From Octopus vulgaris (taxonomy: Eukaryota): a stretch of DNA of 64,000 nt. Position numbers and translations under genes: made by a program. Each line of letters starts with the position of its first letter. The stretch's first letter is position 1. Positions 28,401 to 39,583 of this stretch are shown here, piece after piece. Where the stretch lies: NCBI GenBank assembly GCA_951406725.2, contig OX597831.1:64666001-64730000 (forward strand), written 5' to 3'. The notes below the pieces were generated by a model that saw only the letters and a program-made list of their open reading frames with translations, had not been told where the DNA came from and searched no databases.

Positions 28401-29719
28401 AGAAATCCAAAGAGTCGAGTAGTGGTTTTTGAGTCGGTAAAAATTGTATTTAATAGTATAAAAAGTTATTGAAGTTGGTATGTCATTACGAGGGGAAGTT
28501 TCCGGTGTTTCAAACAGGCCTCTTTCCTCGGAGAGAGAAAGAAAAAAAAAAGGTGCGTCCTTTCAGAATAGAACAGAAAGCGAAAAAAGGAGAAATACTA
28601 GTTTCCACATAACTTAGTTGACAATGTAAAAATATGACATAAAAATCAATGGTCAGCTGAGAAAGTGTGTAACAGCTGACACTCAAGATTAAGTAGTCGT
28701 GTCACAAACTTTCATATCAAAATATTAAGGGATTATGAATATATTTGATATCAGATGTTCTTCCCGAGGATAATTAAAGTATATTTCGATTCCGACTGTC
28801 ATGAAAAAAATAATAACATCTCAGCTAGATTTTATTATTATTATTATATGGAATTTAAAACAGCCAATATGAAGACTATATATATTTGATAAGCATGAGG
28901 GGAAAATCATCAAATATTACATCGTTAGGTAATAGGTCAAGTAACGGTACATTTTTATCATTACATACGTCTGAGACAAATGTAATCTCTCTCTGATCAG
29001 TGGACATTCAGAAGAACTATCACTACTTCACAGAGAAGAAAAGAGAACAAGGGTTATTTATTCCCTTCGGTGAAATAATAATGTGTCTAAAAAATTTAAT
29101 TTTTTACATCCTTCCCCCATGTCGTGCCCTTTTCTGACATCCTTCTTAGTATTACACCCGTGTCATGAGATGGATAGAATAGTTTTTTTTTTAAATACCC
29201 AAGTTTTACGCTTTTACAGAGCCCCTTTTTTTTGTGTGTGTGTCCTGGGGAAATTTAGAAGGGGTTGTTATGATAGTAAACATACTTTGTCTGGTTAAGG
29301 GGGCGAGGTTCTGTGCGAGCATCATGTGTACTCGTGATAATACTGAACAACAATGAAATAATGTTGAGCATGAGGACAAATGCTTCGAAAAAATGTTATA
29401 ATTATGAAAGCTTCATTAAACAATTTGTTTTCCATCGCAACCCGAGTGGACATTGGAGGTGATAATCTGTAATTCGTGTGACAGATGGTCAGTTTGTTGA
29501 AGGTGAGAGATGACGAGTCGGGGGGGATGTATACGTGTGTTTATATATACAAATATCTAAATTACATGACGTACCTGAACAAAACAAAGGAGCGGTTTCT
29601 GATTGCACGACAGGCATTAACACATTGGGCTGCTCGGGTGGGTTAAGAGTAAGTCCTCCATTAGCTGGCATAAGCAGTAAAGGCGGAGGAGTTGCTTCTT
29701 TGCGGCTTCGGTCCGCCAT
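578..29719 (-). CDS. SEC23IP: SEC23-interacting protein / DDHD2-family intracellular phospholipase A1, 5' portion (gene continues beyond the left edge); spliced
   Basis: Phase-consistent GT-AG exons 29719-29575, 18812-18477, 16370-16020, 15594-15407, 15155-15012, 641-578. They encode a Pro/Ser-rich N-terminus, then [68 protein letters not shown] and RPRVVKRG, motifs I recognise from SEC23IP/DDHD2. Confidence 0.9.
1732..2021 (-). mobile_element. 5'-truncated LINE (RTE-like) 3' end with (GAT)n tail
   Basis: ORF end [21 protein letters not shown]; TSD GTTGTAACTT. Confidence 0.75.
5107..5416 (-). mobile_element. SINE family 3 (tRNA head GTGTGGAGGCACATGGCCTAGTG); related heads at about 4310-4400 and 9500-9833
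   Basis: A/B boxes; TSD ACAGGAAAGCTTT. Confidence 0.7.
5622..6039. mobile_element. MITE family A (~430 bp, GGATCTTTTCGGTTTGAACGGCAG TIR, internal CCCTAA repeats)
   Basis: TIRs; TSD ATAAATTC. Confidence 0.85.
6761..6988. mobile_element. piggyBac-type MITE C (TTAA|CCCTTTC...GAAAGGG|TTAA); copies at about 48479-48701, 60959-61176, 63013-63170
   Basis: TTAA target site, CCC termini, near-identical bodies. Confidence 0.75.
8241..8258 (-). CDS. SEC23IP: Candidate 18-nt microexon of SEC23IP (SVYSLP)
   Basis: ttttgtttctttcaAG acceptor and CCG|GTGAGT donor, phase 0-0, no stop; no transcript evidence available. Confidence 0.45.
10357..10655. repeat. Long imperfect inverted repeat (fold-back)
   Basis: Nested paired blocks centred on loop 10499-10511. 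Confidence 0.75.
13400..13753 (-). mobile_element. SINE family 1
   Basis: Reverse-complement copy. Confidence 0.8.
14700..14738 (-). CDS. SEC23IP: Candidate alternative 39-nt mini-exon of SEC23IP ([13 protein letters not shown])
   Basis: tttatttccacttccAG acceptor and CAG|GTATGT donor, phase 0-0, no stop; no transcript evidence available. Confidence 0.55.
15012..15155 (-). CDS. SEC23IP: SEC23IP exon 5 (EEYKNAIF...GETIVMHNP...DEWGTIN)
   Basis: TTCCAG acceptor, GTATGT donor, 144 nt, phase 0-0. Confidence 0.92.
15407..15594 (-). CDS. SEC23IP: SEC23IP exon 4 ([11 protein letters not shown]...VRRSTWFYK...AQKLE)
   Basis: CACAG acceptor, GTGAAT donor, highly conserved WWE-like motif. Confidence 0.92.
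16020..16370 (-). CDS. SEC23IP: SEC23IP exon 3 (...[35 protein letters not shown])
   Basis: TTTCAG acceptor, GTAAAT donor, conserved family motif, phase 1-1. Confidence 0.9.
16505..16898 (+). mobile_element. tRNA-derived SINE family 1 (octopus OK/OR-like), full length
   Basis: A box TGGCTGTGTGG, B box GGTTCAGTCCC, internal (TA/TG)n, AAGAGT-repeat tail; many near-identical copies. Confidence 0.85.
17481..17836 (+). mobile_element. SINE family 1, 5' truncated
   Basis: Identity to the 16505 copy. Confidence 0.8.
18477..18812 (-). CDS. SEC23IP: SEC23IP exon 2 ([12 protein letters not shown]...DPFSQVG...SSPEA)
   Basis: TGCAG acceptor after a poly-T tract, GTAAGA donor, open frame, phase 1-1. 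Confidence 0.8.
18900..20450. mobile_element. Penelope-like element relic (GIY-YIG endonuclease on minus strand, inverted partial copy on plus strand)
   Basis: Minus strand encodes [39 protein letters not shown]; about 19792-19930 is an inverted copy of about 19205-19360. Confidence 0.75.
20852..21267 (+). pseudogene. RTE-clade LINE reverse transcriptase relic, internally deleted, joined to a (GAT)n tail
   Basis: [46 protein letters not shown]. Confidence 0.8.
21636..22047 (-). mobile_element. SINE family 1
   Basis: Reverse-complement copy in a (TA)n tract. Confidence 0.8.
23240..23470 (+). mobile_element. SINE family 2 (Meta-domain-like core GCCTTTCATCCTTTCGGGGTCGATAAATTAAGTACC); other copies about 16905-17115, 26905-27030, 34694-34905, 63176-63340 (all minus)
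   Basis: tRNA-like head (B box GAGTTCAAATTCC) and a central core recalled from MetaSINEs. Confidence 0.7.
23520..24549 (+). mobile_element. RTE-clade LINE 3' portion with ~58-bp tandem repeats in the 3'UTR and (GAT)n tail
   Basis: [39 protein letters not shown]; tail-only copies at about 42180-42417, 45817-46055, 47925-48215, 49810-49990, 55925-56185. Confidence 0.8.
25500..26205 (-). pseudogene. Degenerate RTE/BovB-like LINE fragment
   Basis: [33 protein letters not shown]...GRP.G.PKLRF. Confidence 0.75.
27049..27471 (+). pseudogene. RLE-type (R4/Dong-like) non-LTR retrotransposon 3' fragment
   Basis: [54 protein letters not shown]; flanked by TAA repeats. Confidence 0.7.
29575..29719 (-). 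CDS. SEC23IP: SEC23IP coding exon 1 ([18 protein letters not shown]...APLFCS)
   Basis: ATGGCG start, G|GTACGT donor, phase 1 matches the next exon ([12 protein letters not shown]; compare human EEDSFLGQ). Confidence 0.75.
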
Positions 29720-29741
29720 TGCTATGAACCACGTCACAGAA

Positions 29742-29795
29742 CCGGAAGCGGAACTAGAAACGTTTAGTCGGGATTTCAATTGTCATTTGACGTGT
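29742..29795. promoter_or_regulatory. SEC23IP proximal promoter or 5'UTR motifs: tandem ETS-like CCGGAAGCGGAA and TGACGTG (CRE/ATF-like)
   Basis: Motif matches just upstream of the ATG in a locally CpG-richer stretch. Confidence 0.35.
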
Positions 29796-29860
29796 TTCAC
29801 TCATCAAATGTAAACTGTTATTTAATTAGCCTATGTAATTGGTTCGATGAGCAATTGTTG

Positions 29861-30272
29861 GGATCTTTTCGGTTTGAACGGCAGTTTTTAAAAATAATTT
29901 CCACGTAACTAAAAAATTTGAAACTTCGTATATTGGTAGAATGTGTTTATAAAACATCTTTTTCTCTTGACTTTATTGAGAAAATTCTATAGTTTGTAAG
30001 ATATTTGTTGTTTTTTTTGTTCAATTTCTGCAATTTCAACCAATCAATGATGTTTATTGAGGTGAAAACATTCTGTGCCGTATGAATATGTCCCTCGTTT
30101 AAGAAACAGATTGGGTTTGTTTACATTTGTGAAGAAAAAAAAGATACCTTCCCCCCTACCCCTAACCCTAAAACAGATTGAAATGCAATAGATCGATACT
30201 AGGGTTATAATTATGGGTGACAATTACATATGACACCGCTAGAAAAAACTGCCGTTCAAACTGAAAAGATCC
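29861..30272. mobile_element. MITE family A
   Basis: Both TIRs, near-identical body. Confidence 0.85.
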
Positions 30273-30658
30273 GAGTGTTTCTCTTTCTGACAAAAAAAAA
30301 AAGTAATTTTTATTTTTATATTTCATGAACATTATTAAAATTTAGCGTTCGAAAATTTGCCTCAATCAAATTTCCTTGGAGATATAAAAGCATTATTAAG
30401 AAAGTTATGAGAAAACAAAATTGTACGAAAGGCACTAAACTGTAGTTATATCAAAACAGAATGGATATGGAGTAAAAAAAAAAGACACTGGACATATTGA
30501 TCCAAACTTTCAACCATGAATTGTCTGGCAGTGGTTCTCTGTCTATTTGACTTGGTGACGCACTGCAGATCAAATTTTAAGAAATCACTGGCGCATTCCG
30601 CATGGAAGAAATAAAACAAAACAAAACAAAATTGAACAGGTTTTGAAGTTAAAAATTC

Positions 30659-31115
30659 GAATCTTTTCGGTTTGAACGGCAGTTTTTTCTAGCGGTGTCA
30701 TATGAAATTGTCACCCATAATTATGACCCTAGTATCGATCTATTGCATTTCAATCTGTTTTAGGGTTAGGGTGGATCTTTTCGGTTTGAACGGCAGCAAT
30801 CTGTTTGAGGGTTAGGGGTGGGGGTAAGGGTATCTTTTTTTCTTCACAAATGTAAATAAACCCAATCTGTTTCTTAAACGAGGGACATATTCATACGGCA
30901 CAGAATGTTGTTTACCTCAATGGACGTCATTGATTAGTTGAAATTGCAGAAATTGAAGAAAAAAAACAACAAATATCTTACAAACTATAGAATTTTCTCA
31001 ATAAAGCCAAGAGAAAAAGACATTTTATAAACACATTCTACCAGTATACGAAGTTTAAAATTTTTTAGTCACCTAGAAATTGTGTTAAAAACTGCCGTTC
31101 AAACCGAAAAGATCC
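30659..31115. mobile_element. MITE family A with an internal extra TIR at about 30773
   Basis: TIRs; TSD AAAAATTC. Confidence 0.85.
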
Positions 31116-31599
31116 AAAAATTCATTAAAAAATATAGAAAGCTGTTGACTATCGTTTTTTATTCGTTATATTTGTGTGTAACAAAATTATGTGTAAGATT
31201 TTTTTTTCTGACACTAATATGATTTTCTAAAATCATAAAAATATATTTTTAAAAATCCACAGCGGACTTAGATACTTCTTGCAGTGCATCATCTAAGAAT
31301 TACTAGTTTAGCATGGCATACTACCCAACACCAGAGCAGAGGAGTATGGGCCGAAACCGGACGTGGTTCCTCCTGATGATGTTTTGAGCTAACTGGATCC
31401 TATAAAGGAGCTGTTGTGGTAGCAGACCACGAAACACGGTTGTAATTCCTCCTTTATTATCAAAAACATCATAATGTAATGCATATATATGCATGCAAGC
31501 AGATTACATTGCTAATTAGAGAAAACAGAAATGTTTGATCATATAACCCCTCATACTAGGGTTTGCGCCGAAAATAGTTCAAAAGTGAGCATTATTATT

Positions 31600-32930
31600 A
31601 TATTAATTTAGGTGTTCACTACTGCACCCATTTCTTCACAGACACTTTCACTTGACGGTAGTGAGGGGATGCTAAATTCGGGATGCATAATAAAAGGGGA
31701 GGACCACTGATCATCACATTTTACCGATTGCCTGATTTGTTACTAATGATTTGTGCGGCCACACATTGTCATGGTCAATGTGAATTGTTTTCAGAAGCTT
31801 GCTCAGGCCACTTCTGCCCGACGGATTCTCAAAGCTTTTTTAGTGACTCCATTGTACTGCCAGCTCTTCACAGTACAACAATGATCCAGAAAAGAATTAA
31901 CCGTTGACCCCACGTTCAGCCCAAAAAAACTACCGTGACTTTCTGTGCCAATCGCTGGCTCTTGAACTTAGGCCTTAGAGAAAACGCGTAATATCATTCT
32001 ATACAGCGAACCTTCATTTCCAGATCATAATGATATGGCCGGATCTTTTCGGTTTGAACGGCAGTTTTTAACATAATTTCTAGGTAACTAAAAAATTTTA
32101 AACTCCGTATACTGGTAGAATGTGTTTATAAAATATCTTTTTCTCTTGGCTTTATTGAGAAAATTCTATAGTTTGTAAGATATGTATTGTTTTTTTTCTT
32201 CAATTTCTGTAATTTCAACCAATCAATTACATCTATTGAGTTGAAAACATTCTGTGCTGTATGAATATGTCCCTCGTTTAAGAAACAGATTGGGTTTATT
32301 TACATTTGTGAAGAAAACAAAGATACCCTTCCCCCCACCCCTAACCCTAACTAACCGTAACCCTAAAACAGATTGAAATGCAATAGATCGATACTAGGGT
32401 CATAATTATGGGTGACAATTTCATATGACACCGCTAGAAAAAACTGCCGTTCAAACCGAAAAGATCCAATATGGCCACTTTCATTTCCTGTCACCAGATC
32501 AGAAGATTGGGAAACGTATATTCATTGGCTTCTAATGTTACCAGCAAATCAAAGAAAATTTCTTCCCTTCTCTCTTTTAAAAGTGGCGTCTTCTGCAAGG
32601 TATCCACTTTGTACACTCTTTCCGATACCATTCTGTGATGTACAGTGACTGCAGTCCAAGCGTGCAGCAAGCGCACGGATCGTGACTCGTCCACGCAAAT
32701 CAAATCATTCACTCAGTGATGTTTCCTATTTGCGATCACAGTTGATGGTCTCCTACTGCATAGTTTGTCTTCAATGTTGGTTCCTTCTTGTTTCAACTTC
32801 ATGCATGCACTTGTCAACGGTATCTTCATAAACAACATGTAGCTTTCTGTGGTTGTCAGTTAGCCTCCTTTCTCAAGAGCTCAATGATGGCATGTTATTC
32901 CCTCTCGGAAGCTATTATTTGCCTGCAATG
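31600..32930 (-). pseudogene. Highly degenerate mariner transposase, interrupted by MITE A
   Basis: Remnants of EDK..RRPST, TG.ES.HI-HYD.E, KFKSQ..KV..F, and HDN..PH in the expected order, with stops and frameshifts. Confidence 0.6.
32041..32467. mobile_element. MITE family A inserted in a mariner relic
   Basis: TIRs; TSD (g/a)ATATGGCC. Confidence 0.85.
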
Positions 32931-32949
32931 AATACAATAAGAAAAATGA

Positions 32950-33384
32950 GCATCTTTTCAGTTTGAACGGCAGTTTTTTCTAGCGGTGTCATATGAAATT
33001 GTCACCCATAATTATGACCCTAGTATCGATCTATTGCATTTCAATCTGTTTTAGGATTAGGGTTAGAGGTGGGGGGAAGGGTATCTTTTTTTCTTCAGAA
33101 ATGTAAATTAACCCAATCTGTTTCTTAAACGAGGGACATATTCATACAGCACAGAATGTTTTCAGCTCAATAGACGTCATTGATTGGTTGAAATTACAGA
33201 AATTGAAGAAAAAAAACAACAAGTATCTTACAAACAATAGAATTTTCTCAATAAAGCCAAGAGAAAAAGATGCTTTATAAACACATTCTACCAGTATACG
33301 AAGTTTAAAATTTTTTAGAAGTTTAAAAGTGTTTAGTTACATGGAAATTATTTAAAAAAACTGCCGTTCAAACCGAAAACATCC
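32950..33384. mobile_element. MITE family A
   Basis: TIRs and body. Confidence 0.85.
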
Positions 33385-35355
33385 GTAAAGGGCTATAGAG
33401 GAAGAGTTACTTTACCAACATGAGCAGTTTGAACGACTATCGCCAGTTCATTTTTAAGAAATGTGCCCACTTTTACATTATTGACAATCACGCATGAAAA
33501 TAACAATTTACCAGCAGATAAACAACTGAATTTCTTTTCTTGTTAAGGAATCAACAGACCAGAGCATATCATGTTTGTAGACCTAATTGAAATGCCTAAT
33601 CAGAAACAGCTGCTAAGCATCTATTGAAGTATTTCATCAACCGTGGACTTTATGATGGAATTTACTAGAGATGGGGCAAGCAAAATGCTTGCTATTAAAT
33701 CTGGTGCTACAATAATTTTCGAGGAACTTAATCTCTACATAATAATTTGGCAGTCTTTATCACAGATTAGAACTGCACAAGGTGATTCAGTGAGAGAAAT
33801 TCTTGGAATTAATCCTTTTCAATTAAAATATGGTTAAACTGTATTCTTCATCAAAAAGAACTGATTAATTTTTCCTCTCAACTAGAAGAATAAATTCACA
33901 AAATAAGCCATATTCGGAGCACTGAGTACTTAGCTTGTGTTAAATAGTTTGAAACTTCGAATACTGGTAGAATTTCTTTCTTCAACCGAATACACATCAT
34001 TGATTGGTTCAAATTTCCCAAATACGACAACTTTAACACGAAATAACTTCTAAAATACAAAATTTGGTCAAAATCGTTTAGAGTAAACAGTGTTCTATGT
34101 GAGAAATTCTACCAGTATTCGAAGTTTCAAACTGTTTAATTAAAAATAATTAATTAAAAAATCTGACTAAGATGGAATAGATCCAATTCACTTGATAAGG
34201 ACAATAGCCGTTGCCGCCAAATTTGGAAACTTGATATTTTATGGCTTTTTCCCATTACTGGACTGACAGGGTTTCAAATCCTGAGTTCTGCTACAAACTG
34301 AAAGAACAACCTGATACAAAACTTGAGGCTCAAGAGGCAGTGAAAAAGGGGGAGTTTGGCAAAATTACCTTAACAAACAGCAAGAAAATGCCTCCATTAT
34401 TCATCTACTGTTTGTTATTGGTTTTATAAATAATTTACAGTCCTGTGTATTTGCAATGACATCCTTGAAAGGTTCTCAAACAGTTGAACTTGAAACTATA
34501 TGTAAATCGTAAGTGAAATACGTTCTTGATAAAGGTTGTTGTTGTTATGCTGAAATACAGCCTAGTTATGGAGAAGCTGCAATGCCATCTCTCTCTCTGT
34601 ATCTCTGTCTCTCTCTCTCTCTGTATGGCGTTTAAGCTCCCTTCCCTCTTTAATGAATGCATTCAGAAATCATGAAGGATCATGATTGTAGTACCTATTT
34701 CTTTACTACCCACAAGGGGCTAAACACAGAGAGGACAAACGGATTAAGTCGATTATATCGACCCTAGTGCGTAACTGGTACTTATTTAATCGAACCCAAA
34801 AGGATGAAAGGCAAAGTCGACCTCGGCGGAATTTGAACTCAGAACGTAACGGCAGACGAAATACGGCTACGCATTTTGCCCGGCATGCTAACGTTTCTGC
34901 CAGCTAGACCTGTTCCCTACCCATTCCTTTTAGTGCTGTTGAATGTGAGGCGGACGAGGGTCAGTCACATAAACTTGATAATAACAACAGCATGTTCAAT
35001 AGGTTTCATAAATTATATATCAATTCTAATGTTTGTTTAAATACATGGACCTCCTCCGGTTCATTGACAATTTGAACCAGATGTGACTTAGCTGCAGGAC
35101 CACAGATCACCAGATGACACCAGGACAAGACCTGCTTCAGACCCCGGAGCACAAATTATGCATAACTCTTCATGGAAATTGTAATATCCTCATTAGGATG
35201 TAGATATTTACTTATAAATGGTAAAATACATGATTCATCTTTTTCTTTCCTTACTTGATAATTATATTTTATGATAGTGCGTGCAAGTGACTGTGCAATA
35301 CGTCGTCATAGTATACATGTTTCATCATATCCTTAATACACTAAAACATAGTGAT

Positions 35356-35739
35356 ACTCTTTTACTTGTTTCAGTCATTTGACTGCGGCCATGCTGGAGC
35401 ACCGCCTTTTAGTCGAGCAACTCGACCCCGGGACTTATTCTTTTGTAAGCCCAGTACTTATTCTATCGGTCTCTTTTTGCCGAACTGCTAAGTTACGGGG
35501 ATGTAAACACACCAGCATCAGTTGTCAAGCGATGTTGGGGGGGACAGACACAGACACACAAACATACACATATACGACGGGCTTCTTTCAGTAGCCATCT
35601 ACCAAATCCACTCACAAGGCTTTGGTCGTCCCGAGGCTATAGTAGAAGACACTTGCCCAAGGTCCCACGCAGTGGGACTGAACCCGGAACCATGTGGTTG
35701 GTAAGCAAGTTACTTACCACACAGCCACTCCTCCGCCTA
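35356..35739 (-). mobile_element. SINE family 1
   Basis: Reverse-complement copy. Confidence 0.8.
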
Positions 35740-36128
35740 TTGATAGGTTATAATCTTACTAATGTCTTAACTACCAGTGACAGCTGGGTGTGACTCATAT
35801 TCAGTTAAAAGGGAAGTAGGAAATGCAAAGCATCGCCTAAAAACCAGCACCTCTCTAAATGTTGGTAATGTAGTATAACTTATTTTATAAAACTAATTGT
35901 CATGTAAGCTTAGAGGCAAACATAAAAGATGATTTTCACAATGACATTTCATTTCAATAATATTTTCATATATATATATATAAGCCCAAGGCCAGAAAAT
36001 CTGGAGTATGGCTGGGTTTCATGAGTTAAATTGACCCCAGTATTTTGGTAATTTATTTTATCAACTTTGAAAGGATAAAATACCAAGTTGATCTCGGCAG
36101 GATTTTGACTTGGAGAAATAAGGAGCCG

Positions 36129-36535
36129 GGATCTTTTCGGTTGGAACGGCAGTTTTTTCTAGTGGTGTCATATGAAATTGTCACCCATAATTATGACCCT
36201 AGTTTCGATCTATTGCATTTCAATCTGTTTTAGGGTTAGGGGTTAGGGGTGGGGGAAGGGTATCTTTTTTTCTTCAGAAATGTAAATAAACCCAATCTGT
36301 TTCTTAAACGAGGGACATATTCATACGGCACAGAATGTTTTCACCTCAATAGACGTCACTGATTGGTTGAAATTGAAGAAAAACAACAACAATTATCTTA
36401 CAAACTATAGAATTTTCTCAATAAAGCCAAGAAAAAAAGATGTTTTATAAACACATTCTACCAGTATACGAAGTTTAAAATTTTTTAGTTACCTAGAAAT
36501 TATGTTAAAAACTGCCATTCAAACCGAAAAGATCC
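36129..36535. mobile_element. MITE family A
   Basis: TIRs; flanked by an ~85-bp direct repeat. Confidence 0.85.
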
Positions 36536-36984
36536 TTTTGGTAATTTATTTTATCAACCTTGAAAGGACAAAAGACCAAGCTGATCTCGGCAGGATTTCG
36601 ACTTAGAAAAATAAAGAGCTGAAACAAATAATACTACGAAATATTTTGATCTACACTTCGATTCTGCCACTCCATCGAATAGAATGTGCTCAATACTTAA
36701 TCCTACATTTGTCTACAAAACAATGTAAAGTAGTTCAAAATTTATTGTATTGTAAATCAAGAGCTAGGGTTGGTGGTTTCGACTAACCCACCCACTCAAA
36801 ACTACTGACCTTGTACCTAAATTAGAAACAAGCTTAACAGCTTGTAACTTCATTTGGTATAAATCAAACATTTTTCTCACAAAGCCAATGTACATATGAC
36901 AATTAATTAACGTGATGACAAACATAACGACTTACACCAATAGACCATAATTTAAATAATTGTCAACAAACACGTAGTCTCTCT

Positions 36985-37390
36985 CTTTTTCTCTTTTACT
37001 TGTTTCAGTCATTTGACTGCAGCCATGCTGGAGCAGCGCCTTTAATCGAGCAACTCGACCCTGGGACTTATTCTTTTGTAAGCCCAGTACTTATTCTATC
37101 AGTCTCTTTTGCCGAACCGCTAAGTGACGGGGACATAAACACACCAGCATCGGTTGTTAAGCAATGCTAGGAGACAAACACAGACACACAAACACACACA
37201 CGCATATATATATATATATATATATACATATATACGACGGGCTTCTTTCAGTTTCTGTCTACCAAATCCACTCACAAGGCTTTGGTCGGCCCGAGGCTAT
37301 AGTAGAAGACACTTACCCAAGGTGCCACGCAGTGGGACTGAACCCGGAACCATGCAGTTGGTAGACAAGCTACTTACCACACAGCCACTC
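36985..37390 (-). mobile_element. SINE family 1, head interrupted by a hAT-like TIR
   Basis: Reverse-complement copy ending at CAGTGGTTCCCAAC. Confidence 0.8.
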
Positions 37391-38598
37391 CAGTGGTTCC
37401 CAACATTTTCACTACTAAGGACCCCATTTATTTAAATGAGTTTTCCCACGGACCCCAGGATATTAAAACGTCTGTCGGATCTTTTCAATCTGACTGACAG
37501 ATATTTTAATTAAATTTTTTTTTTAACTACACATTTTGAAACTTCAGATACTGGTAGAATTTATCTCATAGAACAGGGCTTACTCTTAACGTTTTTGACA
37601 AAATTTTGTATTTTAGAAGTTATTTCATGTTAAAGTTGTCGTATTTGGGTGATTTGAACCAATCAATGACGTGTATTCAGCTGAAGAAAATTACTGCTGC
37701 TGTTTGCGAACAACAACATCCGGGTCCACTCCCCTAACAAAACCCTTCTTTAATAACTAGAGATGTTTTTATAGCAACACAGGTTTGCTGTATTAGGGTT
37801 GATTTGAGGCTAAATAACAACAAAATTATTCCTGAGACAGACCAATGATGGAGCCTTTATGTGGTTGCATGACCTGCTAGAAAAAGTAGCCAAACTTTTT
37901 TTATATACAGAATAGAAAAAACCTCTATCCTCTGATATACACGTAGAGTCCATTATGTCTGGGAAGAAAGACGGAATGGTCACTGTTGGGATGTCTTTGA
38001 TCATATCTGTTCAATCAGATCCAACTCGGGACTAAACAAGAAGTGACGAAGGGAACGAGACGAGGCAACGAAGTGTAGGGATTTAAACGCTGAAACTATT
38101 GAGCAGTTTACCAGGTCATCGACAGCATTGGAAATGATGCCATGCAACGAACAGTAGCCAAAAATGATTTATGAAAGCTGGTAATTAGTGGAAGTGCAAT
38201 TATCAAATTATATTGATTATATATTTCTTCTATGATTGAAGGTATGTCATTTCTAAAGTGCAGTTAATTTTCCTGAATATTTCCTGCTGGGTGACGAATT
38301 TACCGTATTCTCAGTTGGTCTTGGCACTGAAGATTCTTAGAAGAGGTTTGAATCCAGTAGCAATAGCGAGGTAGCCGTATCCTTGGATAAAATATCTAGC
38401 TTTATTGAGGGCATCATCTTAAAGCCAGAGCTTCTTTTATTCGTATTATCTTGACTCAGCTGAGTGTATAAAGCTGAGTACCGATCAGTTATGTATCAGC
38501 CAGTTTTATAATAGAAAGTTTCTATTAAAAGCAACTGTAATGTTTTTAGAAAAACCAGACGCCAATTCTTTCTCCTGACCAATCCGTAAACAAACTTG

Positions 38599-39027
38599 GG
38601 ATCTTTTCAGTTTGAACAGCAGTTTTTTCTAGCGGTGTCATATGAAATTGTCACCCATAATTATGACCCTAGTATCGATCTATTTCATTTCAATCTGTTT
38701 TAAGGTTTAGTTAGGGTTAGGGTTAGGGGTGGGGGGAAGGGTATCTTTTTTTCTTCAGAAATGTAAATAAACCCAATCTGTTTCTTAAACGAGGGACATA
38801 TTCATACAGCACAGAATGTTTTTTTACCTCAATAGACGTCAGTGATTGGTTGAAATTGCAGAAATTGAAGAAAAAAACAACAAATATCTTAGAAACTATA
38901 GAATTTTCTCAATAAAGCCAAGAGAAAAAGATGTTTTATAAACACATTCTACCAGTATACGAAGTTTAAAAGTGTTTAGTTACGTGGAAATTATTTTTAA
39001 AAACTGCCGTTCAAACTGAAAAGATCC
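38599..39027. mobile_element. MITE family A
   Basis: TIRs; direct repeat AAACTTG. Confidence 0.85.
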
Positions 39028-39468
39028 AAACTTGTATGTTTAGCATTATCAAATATTCGTTCATCCTTTTCAAACTCAGCATCAGTTTTTTTTTTTTTGC
39101 TTTGCTTCTTGAAATTGTTTTTTTTTAAACCCATGATGCCTATGGATAGCTGTGTCTGGTTTAAGCATTGGTTTCCTTATTGAATGTACAGGAAACTTGG
39201 TTAACAAAGCCAAAACATGTGCGTATGAGAATTAGATGAAAGGAAATTCATAATTGCTTGTAAATATCTGCTACATAAAAAAGGCATGGTTTAGTGTTAT
39301 TTAAAAACCCGGAAACTACACTTCGTCTGCAGTAAATACTTAGTGTTAAGTGCTATACCATATTCGATGCATACATCATGCTTAGAAAGAAACTTTTCAC
39401 TGAGTTATCAGTTCAGAGAATGAAATCGTCAAGACATTTGTTTTTTTTAGATACTTCCCAGATTACTT

Positions 39469-39583
39469 GGATCTTTTCGGATTGAATGGCAGTTTTTTCT
39501 AGCGGTGTCATATGAAATTGTCACCCATAATTATGACCCTAGTATCGATCTATTGCATTTCAATCTGTTTTAGGGTTAGGGTT
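39469..39583. mobile_element. MITE family A, truncated at the TTAGGG tract
   Basis: One TIR; homology ends at TAGGGTTAGGGTT. Confidence 0.8.

Noticed and set aside
28150-28410. 86-aa minus-strand ORF in SEC23IP intron 1
   Set aside because: No recognisable motif or convincing splice sites; exons 1 and 2 already join in phase.
31330-31455. Hammerhead-like motifs (CTGATGA, two GAAAC..GTH modules)
   Set aside because: I could not form consistent stems I and II for any topology; at best a decayed retroelement relic.
33420-33850. Possible hidden gene in the intergenic region
   Set aside because: Short broken frames with a DGA..M motif suggest a decayed DNA-transposase remnant; too degraded to call.
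38700-38740. TTAGGG repeats as a chromosome end or fusion site
   Set aside because: Only 1-4 units, always at the same position inside MITE A.
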